A DNA stretch of 59,278 bases, taken from Candidatus Darwinibacter acetoxidans (GTDB lineage: Bacteria; Bacillota; Limnochordia; Darwinibacteriales; Darwinibacteriaceae). How positions within the stretch are numbered: position 1 is the first letter of the stretch; every line of letters begins with the position of its first letter. The stretch is taken from positions 1 through 59,278 of the forward strand of contig JBHGWS010000140.1 in assembly GCA_041936745.1 (NCBI GenBank), in the 5' to 3' direction. Made by a program: the position numbers and the translations under genes. The notes under the pieces are model-generated. The model saw only the letters and a list, made by a program, of their open reading frames with translations. It did not search any database and was not told the DNA's origin. Positions 55,135-59,278 of the stretch are shown one piece after another.

Positions 55135-56027
55135 ACCAGCGCTTGGCAGGCTGTGGCGATGGCATTCAATTTGTTTTCGGGGCTGTCGGCCCGGGATGTT
55201 AAGACAATTGGGCAGGCCGCACCGTAAATGATGCCTGCGGTTTTCAAACCGCCTACGTAAGTAAAAGCTTTATACAAAATATTGCCGGAGGTAATTTCCG
55301 GCACCAGTAAAATATCAGCTTGGCCCGCGACCGCGCTTTGCAGGCCTTTTTGTTTGGCGGCCTGCAGGGAAAAAGCGTTATCAAAGGCAAGCGGGCCGTC
55401 TATCAGGGCCGGTTTTGTAAACTGCCCCCGCTTACCCATGACCGCAAGCGCCGCGGCATCTACCGTATCAGGCATTTGGGGGTTAACCGTTTCAATCGAA
55501 GCCAACAATGCGGCTTTGGGGTGAGCAAGGCCGAGTGACCAGGCAAAGTTAATGGCATTATCTAAGATTTGAAACTTTTGGCCTAAATCCGGTTTAATGT
55601 TCATTGCCGGATCACTTAAAAGGCAGAGCCTGCGGTCCTCCAATTCTATAACAGCAATATGGCTGAGCAGCGATTGAGTGCGAATACCTTCTTCTTTGTT
55701 GAGCACCGCACGTAAAAGAATGCTCGTATTTAAATGCCCTTTCATTAAAAGGGAGCTGCGCCCTTCTTTGACCAAACGCACAGCTGCCGCGGCCCCCGCT
55801 AGTGGCGTGGCGGCCTCGACAATTTCAAATGGGCTTAAATCTATTTCCCCTGCCAGAGCCGTTTTTTTAATTTCTTCGGCTGGGCCTGTGAGAATAACCT
55901 CATTTAAAAACCCAAGATCCAGCGCCTGCCGGCAGGCGGTTAACACTCCCGGATCTACTGCCCAGGCCACCGCTAAACTCTGGCTCGGCTTATTTTTTAA
56001 GTTCCTTTTTAAAGTTTTAAATCCCAT
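55131..56027 (-). CDS. ptb: Phosphate butyryltransferase
   Basis: LMKG, LLSH, D.AMNI.P, DGPLAFDNA, GN.LYK and LTSRADS motifs. Confidence 0.92.
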   Translation of the reverse strand: MGFKTLKRNLKNKPSQSLAVAWAVDPGVLTACRQALDLGFLNEVILTGPAEEIKKTALAGEIDLSPFEIVEAATPLAGAAAAVRLVKEGRSSLLMKGHLNTSILLRAVLNKEEGIRTQSLLSHIAVIELEDRRLCLLSDPAMNIKPDLGQKFQILDNAINFAWSLGLAHPKAALLASIETVNPQMPDTVDAAALAVMGKRGQFTKPALIDGPLAFDNAFSLQAAKQKGLQSAVAGQADILLVPEITSGNILYKAFTYVGGLKTAGIIYGAACPIVLTSRADSPENKLNAIATACQALV

Positions 56028-56042
56028 TGCAGCTTCTCCTCC

Positions 56043-57011
56043 CTAGCTTAACAAGGTTTCGTTTTGCAAAGCCCGCCGGCCGGCTGCCAACAAAGCCTTG
56101 AGGCTTTGGGCACCGGGGTAAAAAACTACATCGCCCAAAAATTCAACCCGCTCTTTGATGGCTGCAGCCAAAGTTTTCTCCTGCAGCAGTTCACCTCCTA
56201 AAATGATGGCATCCAGCTGACCCTTAAGCACGCCTGCATAGGCGCCAATTTCCTTGGCGATTTGATAAACTAAAGCTTCTTTGATGGGCGCTGCTTGGGG
56301 GGCAGCAAGTTGGGCAAGATCTTCTGTGCCTAAATAGCCGAAAAGCCCGCTTTCTTCGTTGACCCGCCGCAGTGCTTCTTCTTTATCGGCCGCGGCGGAA
56401 CACAGATCGAGAAGTGCATCGTAGGGCAGAGTGCCCGATTGGCGCAAAGAAAAAGGGCCTTCCTCGCTGCTGTGGGCCGCATCCACGGCTGCGCCTTTTT
56501 TGAAGGCACCGATGAGAAATTCACTATCGAGGTTGGCAATGACAAAACGGGCAGTCTGAAAAGGAATACCCCTTTTTTCTGCTTCCAGGCGGGCTAAGTA
56601 TGTAAAGATAAAACTGCCGCCGCCCTGCGGCCGGGAAATCTCCGGCGTGCCGCTGACAAAAGCTTTTCTGTCGAAATGACCTTCACTGACGGGATCGAAT
56701 AGATAGGCGGGGGCATTGAATTTAACGCCTAAGCGGTGGGCAAGTTGCAGCCCGGCCCCTGCTGCTTCGGTTTTTCGAAGGAGCCCCTCAGTGACCGGTT
56801 TGAATTCTTGTAAGTCGGTTGGGGCGGGTGGCCTGGTTGTGACAATCACCTGCAGGGAGTCTGTGGAGTCTTTCAGCCAGCGGGCGATTTCTCTCTCAAC
56901 TGCCCCAGACAGGGGCCCTGCAAGCGATATTTCTTTAAAAACCCGGCGGCCGGCGGCCTCTAAGGCCAGTTGAAGGTGTGAAGTTTGGGGGTAGATTGCA
57001 AGGATTCCCAT
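56043..57011 (-). CDS. Degenerate butyrate-kinase-like protein
   Basis: Retains EGPFS..QSG.LP, G..GYLGT.D and YQIAKEIG....VL.G..DAIIL.G, but lacks the N-terminal and catalytic motifs. Confidence 0.72.
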   Translation of the reverse strand: MGILAIYPQTSHLQLALEAAGRRVFKEISLAGPLSGAVEREIARWLKDSTDSLQVIVTTRPPAPTDLQEFKPVTEGLLRKTEAAGAGLQLAHRLGVKFNAPAYLFDPVSEGHFDRKAFVSGTPEISRPQGGGSFIFTYLARLEAEKRGIPFQTARFVIANLDSEFLIGAFKKGAAVDAAHSSEEGPFSLRQSGTLPYDALLDLCSAAADKEEALRRVNEESGLFGYLGTEDLAQLAAPQAAPIKEALVYQIAKEIGAYAGVLKGQLDAIILGGELLQEKTLAAAIKERVEFLGDVVFYPGAQSLKALLAAGRRALQNETLLS

Positions 57012-57047
57012 AAGCGGTACTCCTTCCTGGCTTGTTTTCAAAACGAA

Positions 57048-57078
57048 AAAGCAGGTAGTTTTTAAATATACCTGCTTT
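57048..57078 (-). terminator. Terminator after pnp
   Basis: AAAGCAGGTA-11 nt-TACCTGCTTT followed by T residues on the minus strand. Confidence 0.65.
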
Positions 57079-57106
57079 ATTACCGTTCTATAAAGTTATT
57101 TCGATA

Positions 57107-59218
57107 TTATTCGCCGGATTCCTTCTCCGGTGGTAAAGCTTCTTTGCGGGACAGATTGATCCGGCCCTGCCGATCAATCTCTATAACCTTGACGGGGACG
57201 TCATCTCCCACTTTTACCACGTCTTCTACTTTATTGACTCTTTTTCTGTCCAATTGTGAAATATGCACCAAACCTTCCTTACCGGGTAGGATTTCGACGA
57301 ATGCTCCAAAGTTCATAATCCGCTTAACTTTACCCATGTAAGTTGTGCCCACTTCCACATCTTTGACGTAGCGCTCTACCATTTCTAAAGCCTTTTTACC
57401 GCCTTCTCCATCCGTGGAGGCGATGTACACGCGGCCGTCGTCTTCGATATCGATCGCAACACCCGTTTCATCAATAATCTTACGGATGGTCTTGCCGCCG
57501 GGGCCGATGACATCCCGAATTTTATCAACCGGGATTTCTAACGTGATAATGCGCGGTGCATAAGTGGACAGCTCTTTACGGGGTTCTCTGATGACGCCCT
57601 GCATTTTGCTGAGGATGGAAAGGCGGCCTTCTTTAGCCTGCCGCAGCGCTTCGGCCATGATCTCTTCTGTGACCCCGCTGATTTTAATGTCCATCTGCAG
57701 GGCAGTAATCCCTTCGGAAGTGCCGGCCACTTTAAAGTCCATATCGCCTAAGGCATCTTCTAAGCCTTGAATATCGGTGAGGATTGTAAAATCTTCGTCC
57801 ATCATCATTAACCCCATGGCAATGCCGGCTACAGGCCGTTTGATGGGGACTCCCGCATCCATCAAGGCAAGAGCACTGCCGCAGACACTGGCCATCGAGG
57901 AGGATCCGTTTGACTCCAATACTTCCGAAACAAGCCTGAGAGTGTAAGGAAAATCATTCTCATCGGGAATTACGGGTAGGAGCGCTCTTTCCGCCAGGGC
58001 ACCATGGCCGATATCCCGCCTGCCCGGCCCTCGCATGGGCCTGACTTCACCAACGCTGTACGAGGGGAAATTATAGTGGTGGATATAACGCTTGCTTTCT
58101 TCGTCCGTCAGATTGTCCAGCCGCTGTTCATCGGATTTTAACCCCAAGGTTAGAGCGGTTAAAACTTGCGTCTGCCCCCGGGTGAAAATGCCGGAGCCGT
58201 GCGCTCTGGGTAAAACGCCAACTTCGCTGAAAACCGGGCGGATTTCGTCCGGCCGGCGCCCGTCAGGCCGCAGCTTGTCTTTCGTGATAGAGCGGCGGAT
58301 TTCTTCTTTAACTATATTATCGAAAACTTTGCTCACATCTGCTTTGTTCTTCTCGTGTTCCTCTTCGCCGAATTGTTCCAAATAGGCAGCCTGCGTTTTC
58401 TTAAGCACATCGTCAATAAGGCTTTCTCTTGCCAGCTTTTCCGCAGTATGCATAACCGCCAAAATCTTTTCAGTAGCGAACTCCCTAACCCACTCATCAA
58501 TTTTCGGTTCAGGTTGGGCAACTGCGACCTCAATTTTTTCTTTGCCGATTTTTTCCCTAATTTCCGCCTGCAGGGCGCAGAGTTCCTGAATTGCCCCGTG
58601 GGCATAATTGATAGCCTTCAGGACCGTCTCTTCCGAAACTTCGTTTGCCGCAGCTTCAACCATTGTAACCGCATTGGCCGTGCCTGCTACAGTTAAATCC
58701 AAATCCGATTTGGCGGCTTCCTCCAGGGACGGATTAATGATAAACTCGCCGTCAACTAAGCCGACTTCCACTGCCGCGACAGGCCCGGCAAAGGGTATGT
58801 CGGAAATATGTAACGCAGCACTTGCGCCGATTAAGGCCGCTATTCTCGGCGAATTGTTTTTGTCTACCGATAAAACCGTGGCCACAACCTGGACATCATT
58901 GCGGAACCCATCGGGGAATAAAGGCCGCAGCGGCCTGTCGATCATCCGGGCAGAAAGCGTAGCTTCTTCACTGGGCCTGCCTTCCCGCCTGCCCCAGCCG
59001 CCGGGAATTTTACCGACGGAAAACATGCGTTCTTCGTAATCGATTAATAATGGGAAAAAGTCAATGCCCTCTCTGGGCTCTTTACTCATGGTGGCCGTTA
59101 CTAAGACAACGGTATCACCATATCTCATCAAGACGGAACCATTAGCCTGTTGGGCTAATTTTCCGAATTCCATTACCAGGGGGCGCCCCCCCAGCGTGAA
59201 ACGAAACTGGGTTAACAT
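57107..59218 (-). CDS. pnp: Polyribonucleotide nucleotidyltransferase (PNPase)
   Basis: [24 protein letters not shown] and [10 protein letters not shown] motifs; KH (IGPGG) and S1 domains. Confidence 0.98.
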   Translation of the reverse strand: MLTQFRFTLGGRPLVMEFGKLAQQANGSVLMRYGDTVVLVTATMSKEPREGIDFFPLLIDYEERMFSVGKIPGGWGRREGRPSEEATLSARMIDRPLRPLFPDGFRNDVQVVATVLSVDKNNSPRIAALIGASAALHISDIPFAGPVAAVEVGLVDGEFIINPSLEEAAKSDLDLTVAGTANAVTMVEAAANEVSEETVLKAINYAHGAIQELCALQAEIREKIGKEKIEVAVAQPEPKIDEWVREFATEKILAVMHTAEKLARESLIDDVLKKTQAAYLEQFGEEEHEKNKADVSKVFDNIVKEEIRRSITKDKLRPDGRRPDEIRPVFSEVGVLPRAHGSGIFTRGQTQVLTALTLGLKSDEQRLDNLTDEESKRYIHHYNFPSYSVGEVRPMRGPGRRDIGHGALAERALLPVIPDENDFPYTLRLVSEVLESNGSSSMASVCGSALALMDAGVPIKRPVAGIAMGLMMMDEDFTILTDIQGLEDALGDMDFKVAGTSEGITALQMDIKISGVTEEIMAEALRQAKEGRLSILSKMQGVIREPRKELSTYAPRIITLEIPVDKIRDVIGPGGKTIRKIIDETGVAIDIEDDGRVYIASTDGEGGKKALEMVERYVKDVEVGTTYMGKVKRIMNFGAFVEILPGKEGLVHISQLDRKRVNKVEDVVKVGDDVPVKVIEIDRQGRINLSRKEALPPEKESGE

Positions 59219-59278
59219 CTTTTAACCTCCGTTTTTATTTTGTAGGCTTTTTTAGTATTATAGCCTCTTTTATCATTT

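Overview
A 59-kb core-chromosome segment (roughly 50% GC) of a spore-forming, probably anaerobic Bacillota (Firmicutes) bacterium. An ExbB-ExbD-TonB set alongside sporulation genes suggests a diderm lineage such as Limnochordia (inference). The window spans the replication terminus: a 28-bp XerC/XerD dif site lies at 9340-9367, and gene orientation flips around it (mostly + to the left, almost all - to the right). Left to right it holds trxA with a CsoR/CstR-type operator, tRNA-fMet, a DUF1538/tandem-PII pair, T-box-trpS, a MATE transporter and yneA/lexA with SOS boxes. Next come a spoVK-GTPase-surE operon, miaA-mutL-mutS-miaB, a chemotaxis/C-ring operon (cheW fliM fliY cheA cheY cheC cheD cheB cheR, Jag_N-FapA) and spoVAC/D/E. 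These are followed by an unusual five-gene envelope operon, the spoIIA/sigF-dacF-pdp-deoB-xerD-spoIIM region, a vor-buk-ptb branched-chain keto-acid operon with a degenerate second butyrate kinase, and pnp. The best candidate for an undescribed system is the envelope operon at 35002-40149. It encodes ExbB, ExbD, TonB, a secreted Ig/cohesin protein and an SLH/coiled-coil/C-terminal-helix protein built like Thermotoga Omp-alpha. It has no TonB-dependent receptor, and its sigma-H-like promoter is overlapped by a Spo0A box. I saw no CRISPR array, rRNA, IS element or prophage. All calls come from reading motifs by eye; no database searches were run.
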